From assembly GCA_040954595.2 (NCBI GenBank), contig CM082588.2, positions 310,001 through 374,000 of the forward strand: a stretch of DNA of 64,000 nt, read 5' to 3'. The notes beneath the pieces were generated by a model, which was given only the letters and a program-made list of their open reading frames with translations, was not told where the DNA came from and ran no database searches. How positions within the stretch are numbered: position 1 is the first letter of the stretch; every line of letters begins with the position of its first letter. The position numbers and the translations under genes were made by a program. Of this stretch, positions 49,970-64,000 are shown piece by piece. Source of the DNA: Balanoglossus misakiensis. Taxonomy: Eukaryota > Animalia > Hemichordata.

Positions 49970-51938
49970 TTAATTTTTAATTAACTTTTCGATATCAGGA
50001 GTAATGTTTATGGTTTCGAAGTTACGGCTGTATCTCTTGAAAGGAATGCCATCTTTGCCGATCAGGAACTTCTCAAAATTCCAGGAAATGTCCGTTCTTT
50101 TGACAGGATCCCAAATGATCAGCTTCGGGTCAGTCATCAGAGGGTCGGGATCGTCGCTGGGCACCGGTAGTTTGGATTTCAGATATGCAAAGGCTGGGTG
50201 GGTGTTCTTGCCGTTCACTTCGATCTTGGAGAAGAGCGGAAATTTGGGTTCATATCCGCCTCCAGGTCGCACGTACTTGAGATTGTTTAGGATCTCCGCT
50301 TCCGAGCCGTTTTCCTGCAAATATACAAGATGTATTACTTTAAATTCATTTCACATCTCAAACTCTACACCTACATAGGCCACAGAAGTTTGTCGATGTA
50401 ACGGTTATCTCAGCCTGGTTGTCTAGGCAACCCTGGTCGTACAGGTGTTCCATGAAGGTAGCATAATCGTCCATCCAATATGGCCAGCCATATGCTCTTC
50501 AGTATGAATCGACGGCGCAAGATGGTGGCCACTTGTTGCTATGCATATTGTGAAATGCAAATGATGCCGAAAAGAAACTGGCCCTGGATGTGGTACTAAA
50601 TATAGGACAAGGCTGAAGCCTCACCAAACCGGTTGTAATGTGCTGTTTATCTCCTTTCCATCAAAAACAAAGACCAACTGCTGATAAAAGTGGTTTCTTA
50701 TCAGATTCGCTTTAATGATGTTAGACAGACAGTTGGTTTCTTTTACAACCGTGCTTGCGTGATTGGCTTGGTGCATTGCCCACGCCCAAGCGTATTTTAG
50801 AGGTACCTTGCTAAATGATATCAAGTCTAGGCCTTGACAGGAGAGTGCACATGATTTACAGAAAATGTACGTGTGGGTATGTCGACACTTTGACCAGCGA
50901 CAGACCCTATACGCATCTACACGGGGAGGTGTGACTGTGTTCCAGCATATCATTATTTACAACTGAAATGTTTACAACAGCAAGGTAGCCGCTCAGTCGG
51001 CGTTACCTGGGAACAGAAAAAGCATTTGATCCAGATAGCCGCGCTTGGGCCTTTAGAATGTTTATTTGCTATAAATGGATGTCGAGAAAATGCAACCTTT
51101 TGTTGAAAGACGAAAGGAGTCATTCAAGTACAATTGTTGCGCATGCAGAAAGTCATGTTTTAACCTGCATGATTGAATCGATTGTTTGGAAAATCAATCG
51201 AAAGCTATTTTGAGACAACTCTGGAGCAATTGGTGATCTTATTCATATTGTTCTTCCCAGTGACGCGATGAATTGTCGGTTCTCACATCACTCCCCCATA
51301 CCACAAGATAAGATGATCAGTATGCATGTAGCCAACCTGCTACTTTCTCCTATACCTGGTAGTGGTACTGGTAATCGTTTATCGCTAGGATAAAGCTTAC
51401 ATTTTACGTAAGAATGAACGGGCTACAAAGGTAGATAAAATAAAGTCAATATCATTAATAATTTTATCAATATCACTGATAGTCATCGACGGACTATGCT
51501 TACCTGGTGGCCGAACTGATTACAGGGAAACCCCAGCACCTGGAGCTTATCGCCGAATTTGGCGACCAGCTCGTTTAGCTGGGTGTAGTCCCTGATGGTC
51601 GTGCCTCAGAGGGATGCGACGTTCTCGATGAGAACAACTTTGCCCTTGAAGTCGGAGAACTTCACCTCTGTGCCGTTCAGGTCCTTGGCTATGATCTCAT
51701 AGAAGGTCTCTGGTATTGGTACCACTTCCGGGGTTTTGTGCCCCAGGTCCTTCTTGGAGTGGTAGCGATGGATGTTCATGGCGTGTGAACCGGGTTGTGT
51801 TGGCTTTAATACTGGTAGCGTGGTCAGCGCTGCGAACGTCTGGTAGCTACGACTTGTCACTGCCGTCTGGCCAATTCGCAGGGCGACACTGCTGACCTTT
51901 ATCCTAGCTTGGACAGAAGCCATGATAATACGGACCAT
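49970..51938 (-). CDS. Selenocysteine glutathione peroxidase, GPx1/2 type, ~259 aa with N-terminal extension, 2 exons
   Basis: Exons 51938-51504 and 50314-49970. [15 protein letters not shown](51606-51608)[13 protein letters not shown]...[11 protein letters not shown]|ENG...KYVRPGGG...[10 protein letters not shown]. Downstream SECIS; ATG in ACCACCATGG context. Confidence 0.94.
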
Positions 51939-52278
51939 GGTGGTAGCGTACGGTAAAGGGGCGTGGCCTTCACCGAAAAGCACTCGTCGAACTGGAAGTA
52001 TGATTGATAATACAGACGCTTTCTAGTGTCACCGGTCGAATATGTCAGCAAAGGTCGCACTGACACCAGTATGACTTCTACAGGTACAGGTGTGAACAAA
52101 GACTTTTGCAGAGGACGTTGGAGCGCGAGCGAAGCGTTCAGCGTCCACAAATTATGCAAAGTCATTGACATGCGCCCTCATACATCATACTGAAACTCAT
52201 CTTTTGTTTTTCAAACTTCATATGTAACCTTTCACCCCATTTCTGTGCATAGAGGTCCCCCCGGCCCCCTTTGCCTTG

Positions 52279-52280
<2 letters not shown>

Positions 52281-52362
<82 letters not shown>
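52281..52362. repeat. (AC)41 microsatellite
   Basis: Directly visible; it produces the spurious CV/HT-repeat ORFs in the track. Confidence 0.97.
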
Positions 52363-52364
<2 letters not shown>

Positions 52365-55191
52365 GCACGCACGCACACACACAATGCACACATATGCACG
52401 CAACAGCAGAGCACACACCCCTAACAAAATAAAGTATAGCAACACAGATTTTTGCAGAAGCGGTACAAGCAAGGTTTTAATTTATTCTCTAGATTGCTTT
52501 ATCTTAGTACAAAAAAAGAAATACTTTGCTCTCATAGCAGATAAAACACATATCTACACAGCCATGAAGGAGACAAACTAATTAACTATTTGCAATTTAC
52601 ATTACCTTAGAATAAATACATTACCAAAAAAAAATTAGAAATTCTACAGCATGTAATAGGGAATTGAAGCCAGGCCAAACAAGTGCATATAAGATTGCTG
52701 GTACAGGATGAGAAGTGTGACAAAAACGTCACTGTGCAATGGCATTCACAACATTGAGGTGTTAATGATGTTATATCATATCATATGAACTGAAACTAGA
52801 AGATTGGTCACTTAAGAAGTAAGACACAAACCAGACCACACAGTACTTTCGGTGTTAGTCGACAAGTTACTAATTTCTTAGGTTTTGCTTCATGAAAAAG
52901 TAAAAAATAAATCACTTTTCATCATCACTCCAAATATGAAAACTTTGGAGTTATTTGCACATTGTTTAATATTTCAGATTTTTGGATTATTTTGTCAGTT
53001 TTTCATGGTGCAAGTGTCACTACTAGTTTTCTAGAGGACCTGAACATGTCATGTTGGATTAGTAAATACATGAGGTCAATAATGTAAATTTCAGTGGTTA
53101 AACTACTTGCTGGAAACATAACTTCCAGCTGTCTGTAAAATAGTTGTTTCTATGGGGATAGGTCTATGTAAATGATCTGAGGGACTGGTTGGGTGTCTTC
53201 CCTGGAAAATGTAAATTAGCGCTTGCAAGCTGAGGAAATGTTTGGCACTTTTGTGTGCTGCCTTTAAAGTTAAAGGCTAGGTGCATTTGGAGGGAATGCT
53301 TGGTTTAATCAGCTGATAGATGTTGATAAAATAGAAAAGTCACAATGTCAATATGTGGAGAGAGCCACAGTTACCATGGAAATTTTCAAACCAGAGTTTC
53401 TGTTCACACAAATTCAACATGTATCTCGATGCAACAATTGACAACCTTCAGAGCAAATCATTGTATTTTTTCCATGATTTTGACTGGGGTGCAAATGGCC
53501 TTATCGTAAGCTTATAAAACTCTTGCAAGTTTTCATTTTTACCAACATCACACATGCAAACAACTTTATCAAATATGCAAACAACTTTCACAAACTTTAA
53601 CACGGTTTTGGTATTGTAGCTTAATTACATGCTACGGACCATAAATGTTAACTTACATTTTAGTAAAAACACTAACTATCAAACCAAACAAAATCTAACA
53701 ATTAAACTACCAGAAACCTTGCATAAAATCTAAACCTGGTTAGAAAACAAACTTTGATTTCTCAAGGTTCACATTTAAAAATTCTTTGCACACAATTGTA
53801 AGAATAAAATTCTAAGATAATTTTACATTTGATTAACACCTCACTAAAACTCCCTCTCCTCAATTTTTTTAAAACTATTTTTTTTAAATTAAGAAAATTG
53901 TTTATTTTTATCATGTCATTTGCATATGATTAAAATTACTGATGTTCTGATAAATTTGTTCCCAAATTTTGGAAAAATAGTAATTCAAACATTAAGATCT
54001 TGACACAATGCTTCATATTTGTCTTTTTTTAATGTTAATGAAAATTCTACTAACTAAATGTCTCTTTTTGGTTTAGTGCTCTTGTCTATATAATAAACAA
54101 CAACAAAAGAAAACAACAACAAAAAGGTCAAAGATAGATTACTTTCAAATTATAATGAAGACACTTAAAGTACAGCCTAGATGGTCACAGATGACTAAAA
54201 CCACAAGACACAGTGGTGATTATACAAGTAACATTCGTAATAAAATGTTCCTTAGACAGAGTAAACGGAATATGATATTTCAGAGGCTTTTTATGGCTGT
54301 CTTTGCCCGCCGAGGTTTAATCTCCAAAAAAATAGTTCGTTAGGGAGACTTGGGTCGAGCCAATGACATGTGTTGTGGCTTGAAACACATAAGGCAGAAT
54401 GGTTTGTTTCCGTTTGAAAAAGATGATCATAAAAATACGAACAATGAAACAATCACATTGTCACAGAAGGCAAGAACTAGCTTATAAATACATGATTTTT
54501 TGCTAACCGATAAATTCACAGCTACTGTAATGATTCTTGGAATACCATTTCTCAAGCGAAAACATTACCATAGTGGAAAAACAATATTTCTTCCTAAGAT
54601 TAGTCAAGCAAAATTTTCAAACATACCAGGATGTTCTTACTGACCATAAGAGGCAGACATAACATTTCAAATTCAATTGTTCAAAACTGTACCACCTATT
54701 TAACAAGACTACTATGTAGAAACATTATAAACAATATACGTACACTTATTTATAAAATTCTATTCATTTTCTTCTTCAAATAGAAAATTTCTAAAGCTTG
54801 TCATTTGCTACCTTACAATTCAATTAAATATTTTTATTAATTTTCAATAAAATAATTTTGACTGATAGGCTAAAATAGTATTGTTCTGCTAAACGGTAAA
54901 TAACGTGAGCATATGTATTTGCAATTATATTTTCTAGTGAGTTTGGGTGCTGATTTAAAAAGTTCACTGCCTGTATGAATCTTGCACTAGTTTTATTTAA
55001 ATGTTTCTAAGTTTCTTTAGTCTTTTCTTATTACTTTCAGGTAAGGTTCTTTTGTTTTGGCTGAGTGTTTTTTTTTAAACATGCTTCACTTGCCAACATA
55101 AAAACAAGACATTCTTCTTCACAACCTGTTGGGGCGATTTCAAGATGGTGATTGTTTTAGGGTGAGTTGTCAGTTGAGTTGAGGGCGTACT

Positions 55192-56800
55192 TTATGCTTG
55201 TCCGCACGCTGGGCACAGGATCTCGTCTCCTTCCGTCATGAAGCCTTGACCGACCAATGAGGCTTGGCATTTGCCGCAGTTGAAACAGTCATTATGCCAA
55301 TTGCGTTGCTCGAAGGAGATGAACTTGGTTCCTCCCATACCTGCAGACAAATTGATACATTGATCAATACACTTGTTTGGCATTAGAGTTTGGACTAAAG
55401 TTCAAGGGTTGATTTCAACTCAATGATAAAATCTGATCTGATTTTGACTTTGTCCTTTAACCCTCTTACCACCATGGTTTGACCTAAATGCATTGTTATC
55501 TATATGGTTAAGTTGGACCTCTATAGAGGAAACTGGGGGTGAAAGGGTTAGGGTCACCATATGTTATGTCAACTTTTGTGAACGTATACGTACCAGTGAT
55601 AGGTTTGGTACATGACGTGCACTTCTTGGCAAAACGTTCTCCGAAACATTCGGCGCAGTAAGGCTTGTCCTCTCTGGAAGTGAATCGCACTCCGGCTAAT
55701 TGTTTTTGACAGTCAGTGCACAGGAAACACTCGCGGTGGAAGGGATCGCCGCGATAGGTCACTCCTCCAGCACTGATGATCTGTGGAGGAAACAAGCAAC
55801 AAATACCGTTACACAAGTTTCATGTCACATCAGTAAACTGGCTGGTTGGATGTACCCAGCAGATGTATTGTAAATCAAGAAAATTAAATGTAAATGCTTT
55901 TGTCGACACACATGGTTTTTGAGTGTACTGCGGTCATTGTTACCTTTTTGCAGCTGTTACATTTAGTTCCAAACAGATCTTCATAGCAAGGCACACAGTG
56001 TATCTTGTTCTCTTTGGGTATAAAACTATTGGTTCCAATCGTGTTTTTGCAGTTGACACAGATGAAGCAATGCTCATGCCATTGCTGGCCCTTATACTCC
56101 ATCTTCTTCATACCTGAAGGGTTGATCAAAAATAAAGAAGTTGTGACATACTGGTCCACATTTCAGGAATTAGGAATAGCTGGCTCACATACGTACTTAG
56201 ACACACTTGGCAGTTTGAACCCTGGAGAAACAAGAACTACTTACCTGACTTGAAGACATCACTACACCCATCACAGCGTGCTGCAAACTTCTGTTCATGG
56301 CAAGGTCCACAGAACAGTTCCTCTCCCTGGGCACCGAATGGTGCGTCAACTAGCGAGGTCTTGCACTCTTGGCAGAAGAAACATTGTTCATGCCAATGGC
56401 GATCCTTGTATGATAAATCCTGTTATTCAATTGAAAGGAAGACATTATTTACAATTGTGTACAGTAGACCCTTTTCCAAACTCTACGAGATCCTGTGAGA
56501 TCTCGCGTGACCAGGCAGTATATATGGGAGGACATGAAATGAAAGTGTTTGAGTAAATACAAGACAACATTTTAAGCAAAAGTTATAGCTCTACGTCACC
56601 TTGAAATCAGTTCCAATTTTCTTTCCACACTCCTCACACATGTTGGCGTAGACATCTTCGTAACACTTGATGCAGTGGGGATGTTCTTCGCGTAGGATGT
56701 AACGCTGTCCTGTCAAGGTGTTGTCACAGTTGAAACAGGCAAAATGGCCGCTGTGGAAATTCTCATTCATGGCTTTTGTGTATTCGCTGGCAAATATCAA
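55192..56800 (-). CDS. FHL/Limpet-type multi-LIM protein, last 5 exons (5'-incomplete)
   Basis: Exons 56800-56600, 56419-56245, 56113-55944, 55780-55594 and 55340-55192 join in frame (882 nt). They encode four complete LIM domains plus one lacking its first CxxC (LIFASEYTKAM...HSGHFAC..LTGQRYILR, Limpet-like). The upstream coding exon was not identified in the window. Confidence 0.9.
55457..55550. mobile_element. ~90-bp MITE-like dispersed repeat (TTAACCCT...AGGGTTA)
   Basis: Inverted ends. Its reverse complement ACCCTTTCACCCCCAGTTTCCTCTATAGAGGTCC matches 38715-38748 and 52226-52258. Confidence 0.6.
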
Positions 56801-59800
56801 CTGTAAAGAAACAGAAAAATAAAAGCCATTTACATTTCTGTCGACAGTTTCTTGGACATATCTCCAATAAGGCTTTGCTAGTTAGCATTTGCAAAGGGTT
56901 ACAATATACATTCATATACAGCTTTGAATCACCCAGACTAGACACTAGTAAGTAATTCTAAATACCACAAAAAAGACCTCTGCACTGCCACAGTGGCTCT
57001 ATAATATATCACTCTCAACAATTATCAAATTAATTTTTCCACAGATGAGTCAGAGAACTTGCACACTTGGGGCCCTATATCTGTCACCAGAGAAATCTAA
57101 AATATCCAATAATATCATCAGCACCCCAGCTGTCTGCTGCCATCAGCAACATGCGCTAATTTAGATTAAAAGATTTCATAAGAATTCCCATGAGTACACA
57201 CAGATTAAATTCCTATTGACAGGTTAGCCCAGATATGATTTATTTTGCTCTGAGCAACAACTACAGTTTCTGGTTCTTTTATTATAATATTCAATCGCAA
57301 GATAATATGATAGTTGGACCCCACACAGATTTTGTAACAGATCTCAACTGATATGTTGTCAGTATTAGCTTTCAGTTGTGCCACAAGGCATAAAATTTTA
57401 CAAGTATTATAATTCAGTTGAACTTTTGTCTACTCTGTGGGGAGGTTTCAACTTTGTTTAGATTACCGGTACACTTTATTTTGCATAAATATCATCACTG
57501 CCCTTTCCACTGACCGGCAAAATTTCTTCTCAAATATCCACGGCTGATCACAAAAGCTCCCAGATTCTCATGTTGTTTACACTTTCTTAATATCTTTATT
57601 ATACTTTTCAAGCTTAGAGTTGTTTACTCCATGTATTTATTCGTAAACAAACAAGAGAATATCGGACACTGCCCCCTGTGAACTATCTTGCGTGCATGCA
57701 GACAAACACGATTGCAAATCGATAAGCAATGTCTAAGCACTTCCTACAGACTTGCTGAGCAAGGCAGTCTGACCTGGGAGTTCCACATTTATGCCCATAT
57801 AGGGGAATTCCAGCTTCCAGTATAACCTCTCTGTTTGCCACACAAGGAACTATTTTTAGCTGTCCACAGGGGAGAGGCATCTTGGGAGTCATGAAGTTGG
57901 CATGTTTTCTCTGTTATTTGGGCCGCACAATAACCAATTTTCATGTAAATGATACAGTAACACTATCTTTTCATTGGGCGTGCTGTCGTGCCTGATTTTC
58001 ACAAACTGCACGAAGAAACATTGATTATTGGGAGGTCATAAGTCAGTGTTATTGAGACTATAACATCAGGAGAAACGCAATAAACCAGCAACACTAAGGA
58101 TATTTTAACAAGGTTGAAAGGTTAATATTACTGCTATTGGGAATATCATAACTGAGAGGTTAAAGGACAAAACCTTGACAATTTGATGGATTGGAGGTCA
58201 GTATCTGATATTATGTGACACAAATGGGAATAAGATTTCCATGAAATAGGTATAATCAAAGGATATATGCGAGATCTCACTCATGACAGGTGCATCATCT
58301 ACCAGTATTTCCTTGACAACAAAATAAAAAGCAAGCAGTTTTCTTCTAACTTCGCTTTGAGCCCTAAGGTCTACACCTCTGCATAGTTGCTACAATACTG
58401 TGGTGAAGAATTTCTGAAGCAATTAGAAAAGCAAATATTTGGAGGGGGCTGTGGGCATGAAATCATGGAGCTGTATGTACAATGCTAACATGGAGAAGTA
58501 TCTGCACAATTTAACCATATAGTGACTATTGTCTGTGTTTAATATCCATGGTACAATAGAGGACTGCTCTTATAGAAACTGTCGTGACCTAGAAGAACCA
58601 TGAATAGGAAAAAAGTGGGCCGTTTCGGTCCAAGCGAGTGAGAATTACCCACAGAATGAAAACCGCCTTAACAATAAATACAACACTAATTAAATTATTG
58701 TGCTATAGTTCCAAATTTGATGGGAAATTTAGTTTTTCTGTAATTTTGTTTCCTACCTTTTAACTGAGGAATGGTCTAGGCACAGAGGAGATATATGCTC
58801 GTATCTGCTGTTCACGTAAGGCCCCTACACCACATACAAAAGGATGGTGAAGTCATAATACGAAACCGTAGAGTATTATTCTCCAGAACAATTGGTCTTT
58901 TTGATCTTCAAACAGAGGTTTTAGAAACCTCAAAGCCACTGTGACAATAACTCCACAAATAAGATAAGGTATAAAGGCTGAAACATTACGAATAGACGAT
59001 AAAAGGCTCGGGCATCAACCATAAGTCATAACAATAAAATCTTGGCAGATCGAGAAGTTTGTACCCAAACAAAATCAATTAAACTCATAGAATAAACAGT
59101 AAATTCACCTGTTCACGATTGGTTTCTGTGCTAAAACAGTTTTTAAAAAGTCAATGTCCTCTAGTTTGGATGATTGTAGGCCTTGATCTAAGAGTTCCAT
59201 ACAACTGTACATACCTTAGTTGCCATGTCAACAACACTATGCCAATTTCAAAGAATGAATAGTGGATCTTTAATGCAGGGCTATATGTACAACAGGTAGG
59301 AATGAAATGCTCTCAGAACAAAGTTTGTAGATGTTGTGTCAAGTAGGTACAATTTGTACTTTTGATGTCTTACACTGTATAAGTGCAGATAGTGTTATAC
59401 TGATAATGTTCTAGTGTTTGTAATTTATGTGGTTGTTTGTTTGCTAGATTAATGGCTTGTTGATGAACATGATATCACTGAATGAAAACCACCAAGTCCC
59501 TTGGTGAGTACATGTACAACAATGAGATATCATATAAAAGTCAGACCATCGGGTGACCAATCCAATAACGCAATGAGGAATTTACTACAAGTGTCAGAAG
59601 GGTTATAAAGATTATACAACATTCCGATGATTCAACAGAAAACTTCTACGAAATGAGAACTATTAAATTTGAAGAAAATAAAAGCCTGCAAAAAATCTCA
59701 GCACGACCGATCAGTCACTCTGAAAAAATCTCATGAAATGCTGCCTGGCATTCTTCAAATGATCCGCAGTTTTTTTGGTATTTGAACTGACAAAACTGAA

Positions 59801-62800
59801 ATGCGATCAAGATCACTTCATTTTTTATGTCATTTCATTACACCAGTATATCACACATATTATGTCCAACACTGAATTTTAAATTTGTGATGTGAATGTC
59901 ATTCATTTGGCAAAGATAAGTGACCCTTTACATTACATCATGCATAAATAATTGATTCCACTATCTCGTGCAACCATCCACCTGGTTCAACCAAGGTATC
60001 TGCTATGAATTTCAGCAACAGTTATTTTTGGCTTCCCACTTGTTAGAAGACATGCAGACAGATACACACATACTTTTGTCGATCTCATCAACTTATTTTG
60101 ACTGATACAGTCTGACATTTAAGCCTTCTCCTAAACATGACTAACAGTCTTGAAATTTGCCATTAAAACTTCAAGCAACTTGAGCAGCCAGACAAGTACG
60201 GGCATCGAAACGGCAAAAGTGGGTCTTTAATGTCTCGGACTGAGGGGCCAAAATGGGGTTCTTTGGCCATGATTTCTCCCAAGTGGACGGACGTGCTTTG
60301 GTCCACTACGCCCCTCATCTGTCTGAGTTTTAATAACCTGCAGAAGCAGGAGGATCGATACTTGTACACCAAAGCGATTGTTCTATTTGACAAGTTTAAC
60401 TTGCAAAGCATGTCTAGCACAGTCTTGTTGAGAACTGTCCCATTTACATTCTTTTTAACAAAACCGTGAATGACAGCTGCAACATTCAATTAACTGAGTG
60501 TTGGTAAATATTTTGTTTAATACCCTTTGACAGAAGTGTTATGCTTTCACCCTACCAGCGTTTATGTAAATTTGGACTGGTCTATGTCTTTGACGGAAGA
60601 GGGGGTGAAAGGTTGATAAAACTGTCTGGTAAAAACTCAACCAGACTTTGCAAACTGAGTCATTTTGGTAAAAATGTCCAAATTGAGGGGGGGATACATC
60701 TTCAATTGAGCAAAGCGTCAATCATAAGTGCAGTGGTTGCAACACCATGTAGAGTACAACACGGACAACTGTGTTCCAAAAATGACCACACAAAATGCAA
60801 AGAAGAAAATAATTTACATACAAAATGAAGTTATCAATCAAAGTTTTGACATGTGAACATGTCAGTGGATGAGATTTTTTTTACCAATCCTTCTTTTAGA
60901 GATTGTTAAGTTTCCGTCAAACGAGTACAAATTGGTAACTGGAAAATCTCTATATAATGATTCATATAGGGAAACATCATAACTTCACTTGAACAAATTA
61001 AATTTTGTAAAAAATGCAGTGATATGGTAGATGTAACCATCATCAAATAAATTAGTAAAATGTTAATAAATGAAACTAAAACTTTGAAGAACTGTTAAAT
61101 CTGCATTCATTAAAAGGCTAGTTAAAATGAATTTCAAAAACTGGGAAAATTGTCGTCCACTGAAGTGATAGAAGATGGAATGGCAACAGAATTCAAGACA
61201 GTTCATGGTCCCAGGGACAAGATATTTCCACGGTGGTATGTAAAGGTCACATATCACATCACTTCTCCATGGATTAAATCCTGAATTTTAAGCAGTTTTT
61301 CCTCCAGACAGGACAGAAATGCACAACTTACCTAGGCAGAAAATCTGTGTCAAACAAAGTCTGTAGTCGGCAAATGAAGCAGGTACAACTTGCAGCCGGT
61401 TACACTTTTTTCACCCACAAGTCTTTTTACGCAGGCCCCCAACAATTGTGAATAGAATGGTAGTGTGTGTCTGACGTCAAAATTCAACTCGACCCGACTG
61501 TAAAGTAGGAAGAGTCCAACCAGGAGGCTGATGTGCTTTAGTGCTGAGTGCAAAAGTGAACGGGGAGAAAAAAATTTGATCTGCCCGGATAGGAATGTAT
61601 CCCTTGACTGGTCTGTGTGCAAAATATTACCATATATACACTCACTGAGTTTAGAGAGCTGAGGACTCTCATTTGGTTTTAAGAAGTCCTTCAGCTGGTC
61701 TATTGTTGATCAGTTCTCAAGAAAGAGCTATTGGACTTTCTCTATTAAACAGTTAGGACTCTACAATAGGGCACAGCCACTTCAAAAACTCTTATCGCCA
61801 CACTATCACATTTGGGTTCTTGTCCGACAAGAAACCAGTCCCAGTCAGAACTGTCCATACTAGAGTCTATTTCCAAACTTGGTCATCTGTTGAGTAATAA
61901 GTTGAAGCACTCAAGTGTTTTAATATGGAGTGAGCTGATAAATCTATCATGTCTGTGGGGAGAGACCCAGTTACACAATTACTTAAAACTGGCCACTTAA
62001 GACTTCCACTCTATCCTAAACCAAACCAGTCAGCTTTTATATTCAGTCTGGTGAAATTTATACTCCGGCCTTTTTATGTAAACCCAGACCAAGCCTGATA
62101 TAGATTGCTACTGCCACTTCACATCAAACAGGGGTTGTCTACAGAGCACTCCAATTTCTACCATCGCAATATACCATCTTCTCTTGCATTATTTAACTTT
62201 AATGATAGTATACACATCTATAGACCACCCACAAAAATCAATGGGGTGTATACAGCCCTTATATTTAGCATTAGGATAGCTTTTATTTTCAGTGCCCATC
62301 ACATAAGCTGTTGGCACACCCCTTTCTCCTAAATGACATGTGCTGGACTGTTCCGATTCGAACAACATGCACAGAATGCAGAGAGACAGCAAATTGTAAA
62401 TTCCGCACAGGTCAAAGGTTGTTTGGATGTGGTTATGATAATTATGCTGCGCCAGCACAAATATTTAGAGTATTAGGAAGCATCATGGGTAATTATATCC
62501 ACAATAAATCTGTCAAGGTCAAAGCCAGTCATGACGTAGGCTTGACCCTAATTGTCTGGAGGGCCAGGTCAAGAGCTCGGTCACCTTCATTGTCACTGCT
62601 GGACATTTCTTGTTAATCTGCAATAAATGTAGATATGATCTGTACATACATGTACAGCAGAGGACCCCTGCTTACAATTGTCATGATGATGTGCTTAGTC
62701 AGAGTACGATCTGCTTACTCAGCAAATGTGTCAAGCAATAAATTTAAAGGGACACTGGATCTCATGAGGATTTCCAGCTGACCTTGCAGTGACTTCTAGA

Positions 62801-64000
62801 CTCTCTGCACATGTCACAGTCTTGTTATCATCTAATATTATATTCATTAAATCAATACCATCAAAATATTTTCACGATATTTTCCCTTCAGAGCCCATAA
62901 ACTTGAAGTAAACACAGTGAACTCTATGGCTTTGCTGGTATTAAAGTTCCCTCAATTATTTACAATAAACAGACTAAGAATGATTTAGATAATCAACCAG
63001 TTTGAGCATACTGATCTTGTCCATAATCCCCATGTGACACATCAAACGCTTCGGAAAAATTTATCGGAAATAAACCAAGTAAAGATTAATCCACTGAAAC
63101 CAAGCGAACATACTTGTCATTCCCGTAACCACACAAGATATTATATTGGAATACCAGTTGTAAGGAGTGACTTTACTGCAATGTAACACCCAAGGCCGAG
63201 GCCAGGGATTTTTCCTCCTTTCTAGAATAAAGGGCTCTTTTTGTTAGCAGCCCTGCGTCAACCACTGACGTCAAATTATTGTTTGTGAACACCAGATATT
63301 AAAGACTTCATTCTTCTCAAAGAGGACCAGCCCTGACCAGGTCATGGTACAGATGTAGCTGTTTGAATCAAACAAGTATTTTCACATGTGCATCATCTTT
63401 GGCCAATTTTTGAATCCCTCCCAAACACACAAACAAATAAACAAATAGAATGTGTCCGGTTTGTTCTGCGCAGGGTCAAGAGCCATCCACTGATGGATTC
63501 TGAAGGACCTGCTTCTTATATTTATGAGAAGTTCAAAGGTTGGTGGGAGGAATGGCATAAACACTGCCATCTTCCCCAGCCAAGCAGAGATCGAGTTTTC
63601 AAGCAGGACCTCTCCTCAAGGCCTAACCAGCCAAGTCGAGCAGATCGGACAACGTAACACTGCATGCATCAGAGGAGACAATGAAGAGATGATGTGTGTG
63701 TGTGGAGTCACTACATTCTGTTTGTAAGCATTTATAAACAAAGCAGGCATTGTCAAGAGAAGGTACGGGCATGAAGGTTCATTAGGGGGGAAATGACACT
63801 TGCCTGGGTATCTAAACAATATTAATTATATTCCTACGTCAGTACGTGACCAGAAAGACAATGTTACTCACCAAGTCATTGGCATGAAGCAAGGAAATGA
63901 AGGCAACTGCGTTCTCCTACTTCAGAATAGACTACACTTTTTCAGGGATCACAACACGAGGACTTAATACTTGATCTGTCAACAAACTGTTTACTCGTAT

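Noticed and set aside
52162-52581. CV- and HT-repeat ORFs
   Set aside because: Translations of the (AC)n microsatellite.

Overview
Intron-containing animal genomic DNA; the gene content suggests a marine invertebrate, possibly a deuterostome (inference). Bases 1-7900 are a block of tandem repeats: a composite satellite (AT-rich ~175-bp unit alternating with arrays of a 34/35-bp hairpin+CTAG unit), a 59-bp satellite and a ~91-bp repeat. Nine protein-coding genes follow, with exon phases checked by hand: a secreted astacin-kringle protease (+); LYRM2 (-) head-to-head with an F-box + actin-fold fusion (+); a PIDD1-like LRR-ZU5-ZU5-UPA-death domain gene (-); an ERM (ezrin/radixin/moesin) gene (+); a BTB-BACK-only gene and a BTB-BACK-Kelch gene in tandem (-); a GPx1/2-type selenoprotein with in-frame UGA and a type II SECIS (-); and the 3' part of an FHL/Limpet-type LIM gene (-). 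The ERM gene has a GC-AG intron, a probable 3'UTR intron and three candidate H/ACA snoRNAs. The most notable observations are the F-box/pseudo-actin fusion, the snoRNA candidates with predicted 18S targets, the PIDD-like protein lacking its second autoproteolysis motif, and the satellite unit resembling a Helitron 3' end. No database searches or folding programs were run, so all homology calls rest on motif recognition.
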